Positions 35,051 through 45,225 of a stretch of 64,000 bases of DNA are shown here, piece by piece. The number at the start of each line of letters is the position of its first letter. Positions within the stretch are counted from its first letter, which is position 1. A model generated the notes under the pieces. It saw only the letters and a program-made list of their open reading frames with translations, ran no database searches and had not been told where the DNA came from. The position numbers and the translations under genes are program-made. Source of the DNA: a virus; IMG/VR virus record IMGVR_UViG_3300044617_001255, positions 1 through 64,000 of that record. The stretch is one strand, 5' to 3'.

Positions 35051-35594
35051 CGGCATTCCAAATCTACCTCCCAATTGGGTGAATGAGGCTGACCAACTCC
35101 GAGCAGAGCGAGATAAGGCAAGAGCCGCCGTGGTTGACCTTGTGCTTGAAGTTGAGCGATTGCGACCCATTGCAGCAGAGCAGAACAATAGTTACAAATT
35201 GGCTGCTACATACTTCAATGAGTTGGAAAACGCGAGTGCTCAAAACAAGTCTTTAGCCAAGGAGCGTGATGAGGCCATCAAGGAGCGTGATGAAGCAAGG
35301 CGTGAGGTATGCTATTTTCACCACATTACCGGCTTCCTTGCGGGTGACTATGCTTACAGCCGTAAGTGGGATTGCTTTCCTAGCAAGGAGTATTATGGTA
35401 TGCCAGATCCAGTTAAAGAGTTTCGTCAAATAATTGAACAGGACTACGATACACTCCGCAAGCAGCGTGACGAGGCACGGAGAGAGGTCTGTATGCTGTC
35501 TGTAGGCAAGGGTGGGCGTTCCTCATCTGCCTCTCCTGACGCCATTGAGGAGGCAGACAAGCGGGGTTGGGAGTGTTTCAAGGATAATGTGTGA
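35043..35594 (+). CDS. Coiled-coil protein with two (E/Q)RDEARR...W(D/E)CF modules
   Basis: RBS AAGGAG; internal duplication. Confidence 0.6.
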   Translation: MTDGIPNLPPNWVNEADQLRAERDKARAAVVDLVLEVERLRPIAAEQNNSYKLAATYFNELENASAQNKSLAKERDEAIKERDEARREVCYFHHITGFLAGDYAYSRKWDCFPSKEYYGMPDPVKEFRQIIEQDYDTLRKQRDEARREVCMLSVGKGGRSSSASPDAIEEADKRGWECFKDNV

Positions 35595-35794
35595 AAAAGT
35601 CTATAAAGAAGGCACTAGAAAAAATTCGTAAAAAGCACGGCGAAGCACTCAAACGGCTCGCCCAAACAAAGGTAAAAAGAAAATGAATAATTCAGCAATA
35701 TTTGAAATCTTTATGTTTCTTGCAGTTATCGTAGTCATTGCATTGTGTGTGACTGCTATTATCCATGACTATCATATTCGTGGAGTTCGTAAAA

Positions 35795-36019
35795 ATGAAG
35801 AAAAGAAGTAATATTGAGCCAAAGAAGGACATTTTTCTAAAGTTGCGAGAGCAGACCAAGAGGACTGATCTGCCCGAGGATGTCATTCGGACGATGGCAG
35901 AGGCATATTACGTCCTCACGACTCTTGAGATAATGAACGAGGAGTTGGAGAGTCTATTGGATGACTATCGTAGAGAGGACATGGACAGATCTAGGTATGA
36001 AGGATTCATGAATGACTAA
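35795..36019 (+). CDS. Hypothetical protein
   Basis: RBS GGAG. Confidence 0.5.
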   Translation: MKKRSNIEPKKDIFLKLREQTKRTDLPEDVIRTMAEAYYVLTTLEIMNEELESLLDDYRREDMDRSRYEGFMND

Positions 36020-36416
36020 TTACACATTTGTAGGCGATAATGATCACGGGGACGACAAGCCAGTAGAGCACAACTGGAAGGCTATCGCTGAAGGTATGAG
36101 AGCCTATTGTAGAGCACTAGAGACACAAATATTAGACATCAAGAATGGCTTTGAAGGGTGTTGCCATTCCTGCGAGCCTGTGGGTGAACTAAATAAGAAA
36201 CTTCAAGATGATATTGAATATTTAAATAAAACAATTTCTGAAGTTTGTGAAGAAAGAGATGAGTTATTTGAAAAGTATAATGATCTGGAAAGTCTCTTTC
36301 TAGATATTAAAAGTGAAATCTCATGCCGAATTGATCATGGTGCAGACAGCAAGGGTCATCTTGAAGCAATACAAAATTTATTTCTGAAAAATCAGCAAGA
36401 TGGACAAAAAAGTTAG
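36012..36416 (+). CDS. Hypothetical coiled-coil protein
   Basis: ORF track; CCxxC motif. Confidence 0.5.
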   Translation: MTNYTFVGDNDHGDDKPVEHNWKAIAEGMRAYCRALETQILDIKNGFEGCCHSCEPVGELNKKLQDDIEYLNKTISEVCEERDELFEKYNDLESLFLDIKSEISCRIDHGADSKGHLEAIQNLFLKNQQDGQKS

Positions 36417-36840
36417 CAAGATCAAGAAGAACATTTCACCGGAACTTCCTCTGGAAGGTCTGGATGATACTTCTTTAGAGTTAGAGAAAAAGAAATGCAA
36501 TCATTGCAAAATTGAAAAGCCTCTATCTGAGTATAGATTGGATCGTGGCTTTGTTCGTCATCTCTGCAGAGAATGTGATACTCATAAAGGCAAAGTTCGT
36601 AGCAGACTTCACAAGACAGCAGAATCACAACCTGATTATTGCCAATGCTGTGGTACTCATAAGAGCGAGTGTGCAAGAAAAAAATTGGTTCTGGATCATG
36701 ATCCTCATACAGATCTTTTTCGTAGATGGATATGTGAGAGATGCAATCTTGGTCTTGGAAGATTGGGAGATACGGTTGAGAATCTTATGAAAGCAATTCA
36801 ATATCTAAAAAACAGCAAAGGAAATCAAAATGACACATGA
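36400..36840 (+). CDS. Endonuclease VII-like His-Me finger nuclease
   Basis: C..C...C..C zinc finger, LDHD..T..FR..IC..CN..LG. Confidence 0.8.
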   Translation: MDKKVSKIKKNISPELPLEGLDDTSLELEKKKCNHCKIEKPLSEYRLDRGFVRHLCRECDTHKGKVRSRLHKTAESQPDYCQCCGTHKSECARKKLVLDHDPHTDLFRRWICERCNLGLGRLGDTVENLMKAIQYLKNSKGNQNDT

Positions 36841-37054
36841 CACCACACCAATTCCCGTGACAAAGCCACCAGAGTTTCTTCTTGGTTCTCCTGACCATCC
36901 TTGCTATTCTGCTATTTGCATCATTGACAATGAGGGAGTACGCAGAGTTCAAGTGTCAATGGTCATGTCTCGTTCATATATTATGAGCAAGGAAGATGTA
37001 TATAAATTTGGAGATTGGATGAGTTGGGCTACAGCATGGATGGCAGATAGATAG
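36830..37054 (+). CDS. Hypothetical protein
   Basis: ORF track. Confidence 0.45.
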   Translation: MTHDTTPIPVTKPPEFLLGSPDHPCYSAICIIDNEGVRRVQVSMVMSRSYIMSKEDVYKFGDWMSWATAWMADR

Positions 37055-37058
37055 TATC

Positions 37059-37544
37059 ATGAGAGTAATCATAGCAGGTAGTAGAACTTTTGATAATTAT
37101 GATATAATTGACATCTCAATTAAGATGTCAAAGTTTATTATTACAGAAATCATCTCTGGTGGTGCTGATGGTATAGATTCTCTTGCTGAAAGATATGCTA
37201 AAGAGAATAACATTCCTTTAAAGGTATATCCTGCTGATTGGCAAAAGCACGGCAAAAAGGCGGGACCAATTCGAAATGGTATCATGGCAAATAATGCTGA
37301 TGCTCTTATAGCAATATGGGATGGAAAATCTCGTGGCACAAAAAACATGATTGAAACCGCTTTAAAGAAGAAATTAAAAGTTTCAGTTACAAACTTGCAA
37401 GCACCATTAAGTGAGAATACAATAGAGTCTCTACGGCGTGGGCTAGAACAAGCAAAAAATAGAAAATTTGTCCAAGTTGATATGGAGACTGCAAATGAAC
37501 GCACAGCAAATCTTAAACGATCCAGATCCCGTAAATCAAATTAA
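37059..37544 (+). CDS. SLOG-family (DUF2493/YspA-like) protein
   Basis: IIAGSR, SGGA.G.D, ADW..HGK.AGP.RN, WDGKS.GT. Confidence 0.85.
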   Translation: MRVIIAGSRTFDNYDIIDISIKMSKFIITEIISGGADGIDSLAERYAKENNIPLKVYPADWQKHGKKAGPIRNGIMANNADALIAIWDGKSRGTKNMIETALKKKLKVSVTNLQAPLSENTIESLRRGLEQAKNRKFVQVDMETANERTANLKRSRSRKSN

Positions 37545-37689
37545 TAACTATATGAAACAGCAGCAGGTTGCAACAATGGAGACTATCATTTTCAACAATT
37601 GCAGAATTGAAATTGAGAATCTTCGTGCCATGCTGGACGCAAATGCCAACAATACAAAGTTTCACAGTGGAGATAGGATGAAGTCATGA
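37495..37689 (+). CDS. Hypothetical protein
   Basis: RBS GGAG. Confidence 0.45.
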   Translation: MNAQQILNDPDPVNQINNYMKQQQVATMETIIFNNCRIEIENLRAMLDANANNTKFHSGDRMKS

Positions 37690-38081
37690 GTGATACTGTA
37701 AAGTCAAAGTTCTCACAAAATGGTGATATTTTTCTTGAGTGTGGTCCTGGTTGGTACGATCTAATTCAACATGCAGTTAAGTTGATTGATGATCATGTTG
37801 AACATATTGCCAAGAGAGACAATAATCAAGTTCTGCTTGATGAGTTTCGATACGATCAAATCAAGGAAAAGTTCGGAGGACTTCGCATTTACACAACATA
37901 CGAGGACGAGTTCATTCGTGGTGTAATTAGTATGGCAGAATCATTGTCATATGCAATATGTGAAACTACAGGGGCATCCGGTACTCTTTGCATTCGTGGA
38001 TCGTGGCTCAAGACTCTTTGCCTTGAGGAAGCAGCAAGGCAAGGCTACAAGCCATATTCAAGAGAGGATAGGTTTGTATGA
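37686..38081 (+). CDS. Conserved phage hypothetical protein
   Basis: GW..LI, QIKEKFGGLR.Y, CE..G, W..TLC. Confidence 0.7.
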   Translation: MSDTVKSKFSQNGDIFLECGPGWYDLIQHAVKLIDDHVEHIAKRDNNQVLLDEFRYDQIKEKFGGLRIYTTYEDEFIRGVISMAESLSYAICETTGASGTLCIRGSWLKTLCLEEAARQGYKPYSREDRFV

Positions 38082-38473
38082 AAGAGCACGTATTCTTTTC
38101 AAGATATGGACAAAAGAGAACTCTCACCAAGGTTGGTGAGGGTTCTTATATTCTTGAGGGCAAGACGAACTTTCTGCGAGGTGCAGAGGGCATGGTAGAC
38201 TTTGAGGGTGGTCCTTTCATTCTGAAGGGAATGCCTCTTTGCCATCCGGAGGTTGACTCACCCGAGTTTGTGAGTGTAAATGAATATATTAGTGAGGTGA
38301 AGGCTGTGCCTGTAAGTGAGGTTGCAGAATTTCTTAAATATGATGAGGAAACCTTTGCAGATACGAACTACGCATGGGTGAAGATCACCACTTTTTTAAA
38401 TAAAAAGAATCTTTCAGAAAAAAGCCCATTGGATAGACTGGCAGAACTAGACGAGGAACTGGGTCTACTATAA
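38078..38473 (+). CDS. Hypothetical protein
   Basis: ATGA overlap. Confidence 0.55.
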   Translation: MKEHVFFSRYGQKRTLTKVGEGSYILEGKTNFLRGAEGMVDFEGGPFILKGMPLCHPEVDSPEFVSVNEYISEVKAVPVSEVAEFLKYDEETFADTNYAWVKITTFLNKKNLSEKSPLDRLAELDEELGLL

Positions 38474-38527
38474 ATGCATTATTATAAATACTGAAGTAAT
38501 TAAACATATTTTTCAGGAATTATAAAA

Positions 38528-39019
38528 ATGTACAACAATTCTTTCTGGCAATTTAAAAAATGGTTATCTGAAGCAAAACAAAAGAAAATGAGAGGTGGTA
38601 GTCCTTCGTATCAACCACCAGAAGCATGGACAAATGTTCACGGGGATACAAGAAGAAAAGAATATATTCAAGCCAGAAAAGCAGAGGAAGAGGGAGTAAA
38701 AAAGAAAACATCTGCTGCGGTAGATGCAGCAAAGCAAGTTCCTGATCATGGTGTTCCTGAGAACATTCATAACATCATTACAAGTGGAAGTAGCAGAGAA
38801 TTAGAAAAACACTCTTTTAAACTAAGATCTTCTAAGAATCCTAAATTAAAGAAATTGGGTGATCATTTACAAGACCTTGCACATAGACGTAGCAAGAACC
38901 CACCACATCCACAAGCACCAGAATCTGATTATGATTCAGTCATTGCCGATAGGGAAGCAGAGAGAAGAGAAAGAGCAGGAGATCCTGGTCGTCACTTCCC
39001 TTTTTATCCTAATCAATAA
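38528..39019 (+). CDS. Putative internal virion protein
   Basis: Late promoter 38483-38490; FKKWLSE. Confidence 0.5.
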   Translation: MYNNSFWQFKKWLSEAKQKKMRGGSPSYQPPEAWTNVHGDTRRKEYIQARKAEEEGVKKKTSAAVDAAKQVPDHGVPENIHNIITSGSSRELEKHSFKLRSSKNPKLKKLGDHLQDLAHRRSKNPPHPQAPESDYDSVIADREAERRERAGDPGRHFPFYPNQ

Positions 39020-39162
39020 TTTATAAATTCTGATTTATTTCTAAATTGTTTTTTGATACGATTCAAGGTTTTAACATAATCCTTGAATTTTATCTCTTTT
39101 CTTCTGAGTTGATTGAATCCGCCACGACCTTTGCCTTTAATTTTAGCTTTTGCTGATGCCAT
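39013..39162 (-). CDS. Small basic protein
   Basis: RBS AAGGAG before MASAK. Confidence 0.45.
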   Translation of the reverse strand: MASAKAKIKGKGRGGFNQLRRKEIKFKDYVKTLNRIKKQFRNKSEFINY

Positions 39163-39238
39163 AATATACTCCTTTTGGTGATATTTAGGAGGGTTTATAC
39201 TATTATAAATACAAAGAGTTATTAAAAAGGATATAAAA

Positions 39239-40645
39239 ATGAGCCTCAGAGACGATATCACAAATAGTTACCAAAAATTATTAATTGAACAACAAGTATC
39301 TGCTGGAGCAGAGGGCGAAGATCCATCTGAGGGTGCACCAAAGAAAAAGAAAAAAGTTGTACCTGCAACTGCACCAGCACAACAAAAAGGTAGTCTAGGT
39401 GCAGGCGCAGAGGGGGATGCAAACTTATTAGGTGTAGCACCTGCTCCTGCCCCACAAGTAGCACCACAACAAACACAAGCACAATCTCCATATTCAGGAA
39501 TAGCATCGGATTTATCTCAACAGGTAATGGCAAACAATCCATTAGGTTTCGCATCTACATTGGCTAATTGGGCAGGGCAACAAAAAATGCCACAACAAGC
39601 ACCTCAAATTTCAAGAGGACTGGCATCAACTGCCATGAATCCATCAGGGGCAGCCACACCAATGCCTGTTGGTTTAAATGGAACTGTTGCAATAAATTCA
39701 AATCAACAAAGCCCAAATGTTATGAGAGCAACAAATCCAATGCAAGCCAGACAAATTCAACAAAATGCAATGAATCCTTCTGGTGCATCTACTCCAGTAG
39801 CAGTTGGATTGGATGGCAAAACTGCAGTAGATAGAGCAAATCCTCTTGCTCAACAACAATCTCCAAGTTTGTGGCAGAGAGTTAAAAATTTCTTTGGTGG
39901 AAATCCAACATATTCATCTGGTTATGGTAATGATCCTCAATCAGATGCATATGCAATGCAACTACAAAAACAAAATGCTGCAAGAGCAGGTATGACACCT
40001 CAAATGACTCCTACTCCTGCTATTAGACCTGCACAAGGAGTTTCTGGTGCAGGAGCAGAAGGAGATGCAAGTTTAATTAGGGCAGCACCTTCAAATAGAC
40101 CCGTACCACAAGCACAATCATCACCTAGACCTGCACCACAAGCAGCGTCTACAGCCAGACCTGTAGCCGCTCCCGGAAGAGATACAAGATCTGATAGACA
40201 AAGATTGCAAGATATGGGTAGACAACTTCCTCCCGGCAATACAACAACGACAAGAAGTGGAAACACAACTACGACTACAACAACAAGTAGTGGGAAATTT
40301 GTAGGTGGTAAACTTGTAGGGCCTGATGGTAGAGCAGTAAATCCAGCAGATCAAGCAGATGTAGATGCTGCAAATGAAATGAGAAAGAGAATGCAACAAT
40401 CAGGTGGGTCTAGAGGAGGAACAGGAATTTCAACCGCTAGATCACCACAACCCCCCAGTTCATTTAGTGGAAGAACAAACTCTACGCCTAGACCAACAAC
40501 ACAAGGAAGCAGACCACCAGCAAGACCAATCGGATCTACTTCTAGCAAACCAGTAGCAAGACCAACCGGAACTCAACCTAGAAAACCACAACCAACAAGA
40601 AGACCATCTGGTAGTAGTGGTGCAGGAGCAGAGGGTGAATTGTGA
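39239..40645 (+). CDS. Low-complexity disordered late protein with AGAEG(D/E) repeats
   Basis: Late promoter 39204-39211; Q/P/A/S/T-rich. Confidence 0.6.
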   Translation: MSLRDDITNSYQKLLIEQQVSAGAEGEDPSEGAPKKKKKVVPATAPAQQKGSLGAGAEGDANLLGVAPAPAPQVAPQQTQAQSPYSGIASDLSQQVMANNPLGFASTLANWAGQQKMPQQAPQISRGLASTAMNPSGAATPMPVGLNGTVAINSNQQSPNVMRATNPMQARQIQQNAMNPSGASTPVAVGLDGKTAVDRANPLAQQQSPSLWQRVKNFFGGNPTYSSGYGNDPQSDAYAMQLQKQNAARAGMTPQMTPTPAIRPAQGVSGAGAEGDASLIRAAPSNRPVPQAQSSPRPAPQAASTARPVAAPGRDTRSDRQRLQDMGRQLPPGNTTTTRSGNTTTTTTTSSGKFVGGKLVGPDGRAVNPADQADVDAANEMRKRMQQSGGSRGGTGISTARSPQPPSSFSGRTNSTPRPTTQGSRPPARPIGSTSSKPVARPTGTQPRKPQPTRRPSGSSGAGAEGEL

Positions 40646-40929
40646 ATGGCAGAGAGCATATAGTTGAATTTCAATTGTGGCAAAGAATAAGAAATTTCTT
40701 TGATAGAAATTCACAATTAGTTGATAATCAAAAAACACAATCCAAAGAACAGTCGCTAGATCGTAGAACTCAAAGAAGAGTTGGAAAACCTGGAGAGATA
40801 AGAATTGTTCCTTCCCCGGGAGGAAAACCAGTAAAAGGAAATCCAAATATTGGTGTAATATATGCAATGATAAATACTCCAGCCCAAGCAGCAAGAGCAA
40901 ACAGATTGAATAGTAAGCTGTATAAATAG
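40642..40929 (+). CDS. Hypothetical protein
   Basis: GTGA overlap. Confidence 0.4.
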   Translation: MNGREHIVEFQLWQRIRNFFDRNSQLVDNQKTQSKEQSLDRRTQRRVGKPGEIRIVPSPGGKPVKGNPNIGVIYAMINTPAQAARANRLNSKLYK

Positions 40930-40950
40930 TTTAAACTTCGGAGAGATGAA

Positions 40951-43900
40951 ATGAGTGATATTGCACCTGACAGTACTAATAAAGATTTTTATTATTTTTA
41001 TGAAAAATATGAAGAAAAAAATACTCCATTGTTTGCAGGTCCAAATATTCCTGAAGATAATGAATTAACAGAAAAACAAGGAGAAAACCTTATAATTTCT
41101 CCTGACAATTATATTGAAGAAGATTCCTGTATCAAATCAATTATAGAAGCAAATGTAGATGATGAAATATCTGTATTTGATACCTCAGAACCAAGACTTA
41201 CTGAAACTGATAATAATGATAGAAAAGAATATGTAATCACTAAAAGTGATATTGAATTAGATGGAACTGAAATCTTAGACGTTTTCACAGAATTAGAAGA
41301 AGATAATGAATCGACATTGGTATTAGGAGAACAATTAGATCCAATACCTTGTTGGACAATTGAATATTCTGATGGTACTTCAGACTTTTGGTGTTCTCAA
41401 GTTCCTCTAAGACCAGTTGCAATATCCAAGATATTTCAAGAAATTAAGAGAGTAAGATCTTATTTCTTGACAGATCAAGAAGCAGAAGCATTAAGATCAG
41501 ATTTGAGAGTAAAAGCAGTTGAAATTCCAGCAGAACAAAATGGTGGATTTATTACTACAGATGCAACCGATCATTTTGGTTCGTTTCAGTCAGGAAATTT
41601 TACTAGATCAGTAGCAGGATTTAATGATCCATATGATTTATTGAATATTATATTATGTCCTTTTCCTAATTGTGGTCAAAATTCTTGGAATGGTATAGAT
41701 TTTATTCCAGGTGAAGAAGTAATTCAAGTTTTAAATTCGGGACCATTCAACATAGAATATTCATTAGCAACTGCAAAAGGAACAATATTAACATGGCATG
41801 ATGGCAGACGTAATGGTAGTATCTATTACTGGCCTATGATAAATGTTGTGAATTATACCGGAAATTTCGTAGCATCTGATAACACAACATCACAATTTAT
41901 TAAAGGTGTAACTTCTGGTGCCATATTCAGAATCACGAATTTTGGTATCGGAAAATTTTTACAACAAGATTCAAATTGGGGGTTGCCTAGAACAAATTCA
42001 CTAGGAAATACAGAAGAACCAGTTCCAGATCGATACAACTATATGTTGGACGGCACAGGAGTTGATGTAATTATAATTGATACTGGAATATATCCTGATC
42101 ATCCTGAATTTCAAGATGCAGATGGAAATTCAAGAGTTGTACAGCATAACTGGTATGTTGAAGCAGGAAGACCAGCGGAAGCAAATAAGCAACATCAAAG
42201 ATTTTACACAGATCAAAGCGGTCACGGAACACATGTTGCAGGAACAGTTGCAGGAAAGACTTTTGGATGGGCAAAGAATGCAAAAATATATTCAATGAAA
42301 ATAATGGGTGCTTATACGATACCATATCAAGAAGCATTTGATCTAATTGCCGCATGGCACAATAGAAAACCAATTGATACAGAAACAGGAACAAGAAGAC
42401 CAACTATAGTAAACTGCAGTTGGAGTTGGAGAAGATCTATTGGATTCGGGCCACCAATGATTTATGGTGGTAAATGGAGCACAACTGCACCATCAACAGC
42501 CCTTCCTTCTGTTTGGAACGAAGATACTACATCTACAGGAATTACAGAATTATATCATAAAGGAATACTTTATGATAAAAATAGTTATCCAATTTCTGGT
42601 AATTTAGTGGATTCTCAACGACTAGATTTATTCAATACAGGTCCAAAAACATATGATGGAAATGTTTTGCCTGCAATTTATCGTGATGTGGCACAAGATT
42701 ATAATGGATTTTGGAGAACATTTGCAAGTCCGCTTCATTACATAGAAATATTTACTTTTGGAAAAGACTATCTCAACAGAGATCTACTTTTCTCAAGAAT
42801 AACAGTGAACGCTGAAATTGATTATGTCAATGAAGGTATTCAAACAATGATTGATGCAGGAATACACGTTTGTATTGCAGCAGGAAACAACAAGGATCTT
42901 GTCGCAAGAGAAGGCGACTCCGATTACAATAACTATGCTCTTTATGAGACATATCCCAATTCATCAGGATTTGCAACAAAAACAACAGAAGATGGTTGGG
43001 TATTGGGATCATCAACTAATTATTCGACACCACTTATAAACAAAGTATTTTTTAATAGAAAAACAAGCCCATACGCTACAGACGCAATCATTGTTGGAAG
43101 TTTAGATTCTCAGACAAGAAAAACCGGGAACTGGCGATATACAATGACTTTCAATAATGATGTAAAAGATTCTACTCCAGAGGGAGATGAATTAAAAAGT
43201 GGTTTTAGCAATTTTGGACTAGGTATTGATGTATATGCTCCAGGTTCACATATAATTAGTTGTGTTCCAAATTATCATGGTAATACTAATGGTGTATTTG
43301 TTCCCTCTGAAACTAATTATAATTATACCACTTATAGGGTACAACCATATTATTATGATAATACTTTTTCACAAGTTAAAATTAGTGGAACTTCCATGGC
43401 AAGTCCGCAAGTTTGTGGTTTTGGAGCATTATTGCTTCAAGCATATCCCGATTTAACGCCATATGAATTAAAATATCTTATTAAAGGATTATCACATAAA
43501 ACTACTCTAGTTACTCCAGATTTATATTTTACTACTCAAGACAAATGGGGAAGAAATGTAACGTTGTGCAATTTCCTTGTTCCTATTAGTAATAATTCTT
43601 GCAGTCCAGATAGAGCAGACGTTGTAACTTTCAATTATAAAGTTTATGGTACAAAAGCATTTACTGGAATGGGAGATGTAAATGAAGTTAACATACTTTA
43701 TAATCCATATTCTACAACCCTTCCATCTGATACTGATATTATAATCAGAAGAATATTGGCGGCAGATAATCCTGTAGAACTAGTAGCCGTAACAAACGGA
43801 TACAGTTTTATGCGTGTAATGTGGAATGAATCTAACGGAGAAGATTTAGTTGGTTATATTGTGGAGAGATCTCTTTCTGAAAATGGAGTTTATGTTCAAC

Positions 43901-44865
43901 TATTCAATACTCCAATAACCGGAAGATTCTATGATGATTACTCATCAGAACCGGATGTTACTTATTACTATAGAGTTGTTGCTGTAGGTGAAAATTCTTC
44001 GAAGTCTACTCCATCAAATGTAGTTTTTGGAACTAGAATACCAATTAGACAGATTTTGGTCGTTGAAACTCCAATATCTGACTTAGAGGGAACTGCAACG
44101 ACTAAATCAATTAATTTAGCTTGGAAACCTGCAATTGCACAAGATCATGTAGAATATGAAGTAAGAAGATCTACAAATCCAAATTCAGGATTTGTAAAAA
44201 TAAATTCATCTCCCATAACAACAACAAATTATTCTGATACTGAAATATCATCTTTAGTTAAATATTATTATAGAGTATATTCAAAAAATATAAAGAATGA
44301 ATATTCACCAGATTCTCCTACTGTAGAGGTAAAGGCATTGGAACTAATTGGAAGAGCACCTATTGATGGAGGAAAATTACTACCATTTGATCCTAATCCA
44401 ATAGAACCAATTCTTCCCACAGAACCACCAACAGAACCAACGATTGAACCGTCAACCGAAACTCCTTTTGAACCAATTAAGTCCAGTCCTTGGTTCTACA
44501 AAGGAAATGTAACAGTAACTAAAATTAATACTGATAATGATGCTTTAAAAGTAACAAGTAGATCATGGTGTCAAGCTGGAATATCCACACTTGGCAAAGA
44601 AAACATAAAACTCAGATTTACTTTTGAGAATAATAACTATGAAGTTAATGAATTTTTAGCGGTTTTGTGTTATATTAATAATGAATGGAAAATCATATTC
44701 GTTGGTAGAAACAATGATGGTCCAAGAGAATACGAAATCGATCTAGACGAATCTCTCTCAAATAAGAGTGAAGTTCTAATCAGATTCCACTCGTTTACTA
44801 CCTCTTTGTCGAGCGACAAATGGGTAAATGTAAGTGAAGTTTCGCTATTCGGTACTTTAATTTAA
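40951..44865 (+). CDS. S8 subtilisin-like serine protease with two FN3 domains
   Basis: IIDTG, HGTHVAG, AAGN, GTSMASP; YYYRV FN3 motifs; late promoter 40921-40928. Confidence 0.9.
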   Translation: MSDIAPDSTNKDFYYFYEKYEEKNTPLFAGPNIPEDNELTEKQGENLIISPDNYIEEDSCIKSIIEANVDDEISVFDTSEPRLTETDNNDRKEYVITKSDIELDGTEILDVFTELEEDNESTLVLGEQLDPIPCWTIEYSDGTSDFWCSQVPLRPVAISKIFQEIKRVRSYFLTDQEAEALRSDLRVKAVEIPAEQNGGFITTDATDHFGSFQSGNFTRSVAGFNDPYDLLNIILCPFPNCGQNSWNGIDFIPGEEVIQVLNSGPFNIEYSLATAKGTILTWHDGRRNGSIYYWPMINVVNYTGNFVASDNTTSQFIKGVTSGAIFRITNFGIGKFLQQDSNWGLPRTNSLGNTEEPVPDRYNYMLDGTGVDVIIIDTGIYPDHPEFQDADGNSRVVQHNWYVEAGRPAEANKQHQRFYTDQSGHGTHVAGTVAGKTFGWAKNAKIYSMKIMGAYTIPYQEAFDLIAAWHNRKPIDTETGTRRPTIVNCSWSWRRSIGFGPPMIYGGKWSTTAPSTALPSVWNEDTTSTGITELYHKGILYDKNSYPISGNLVDSQRLDLFNTGPKTYDGNVLPAIYRDVAQDYNGFWRTFASPLHYIEIFTFGKDYLNRDLLFSRITVNAEIDYVNEGIQTMIDAGIHVCIAAGNNKDLVAREGDSDYNNYALYETYPNSSGFATKTTEDGWVLGSSTNYSTPLINKVFFNRKTSPYATDAIIVGSLDSQTRKTGNWRYTMTFNNDVKDSTPEGDELKSGFSNFGLGIDVYAPGSHIISCVPNYHGNTNGVFVPSETNYNYTTYRVQPYYYDNTFSQVKISGTSMASPQVCGFGALLLQAYPDLTPYELKYLIKGLSHKTTLVTPDLYFTTQDKWGRNVTLCNFLVPISNNSCSPDRADVVTFNYKVYGTKAFTGMGDVNEVNILYNPYSTTLPSDTDIIIRRILAADNPVELVAVTNGYSFMRVMWNESNGEDLVGYIVERSLSENGVYVQLFNTPITGRFYDDYSSEPDVTYYYRVVAVGENSSKSTPSNVVFGTRIPIRQILVVETPISDLEGTATTKSINLAWKPAIAQDHVEYEVRRSTNPNSGFVKINSSPITTTNYSDTEISSLVKYYYRVYSKNIKNEYSPDSPTVEVKALELIGRAPIDGGKLLPFDPNPIEPILPTEPPTEPTIEPSTETPFEPIKSSPWFYKGNVTVTKINTDNDALKVTSRSWCQAGISTLGKENIKLRFTFENNNYEVNEFLAVLCYINNEWKIIFVGRNNDGPREYEIDLDESLSNKSEVLIRFHSFTTSLSSDKWVNVSEVSLFGTLI

Positions 44866-45096
44866 TTTATTTTTGCAATTGCAAGGACAAATGTTAAAAA
44901 TCTTGCGCCAGAATGAGCAATCTCTTGGTTTCTCAACAGGCCAACATTTACAGCATTTATCCATATCAATGTAAGGTGAATTCTCAACATTTAAACTTCT
45001 ATGATGAGATTCTGCAACTTCATCTTGTGTAAGAAGTAGATCCAAGCACCTATCATCGACATCAATTGTTGTATGAAGATATTTTTTGTCTTCCAT
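44857..45096 (-). CDS. Small Cys-rich hypothetical protein
   Basis: Late promoter 45115-45122, RBS GAGG. Confidence 0.5.
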   Translation of the reverse strand: MEDKKYLHTTIDVDDRCLDLLLTQDEVAESHHRSLNVENSPYIDMDKCCKCWPVEKPRDCSFWRKIFNICPCNCKNKLN

Positions 45097-45225
45097 AATT
45101 TACCTCTATATTTGTATTTATAAAATAAGAAACCCCCGAAAGTCTCGGGGGTCGGCCTAGAAATACGATTTCTAGGGGGGTGTGTTGGATTTTGCTGAGA
45201 TTCGCCCAATCTATTCTATGTATAA

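Noticed and set aside
22311-35600. GC-rich island as chimeric assembly or inserted foreign element
   Set aside because: The same N16 promoter signature occurs in AT-rich regions, it carries the AAA/vWA pair typical of T4-like phages, GC declines gradually on the right, and no integrase or att sites were seen; read mapping would confirm
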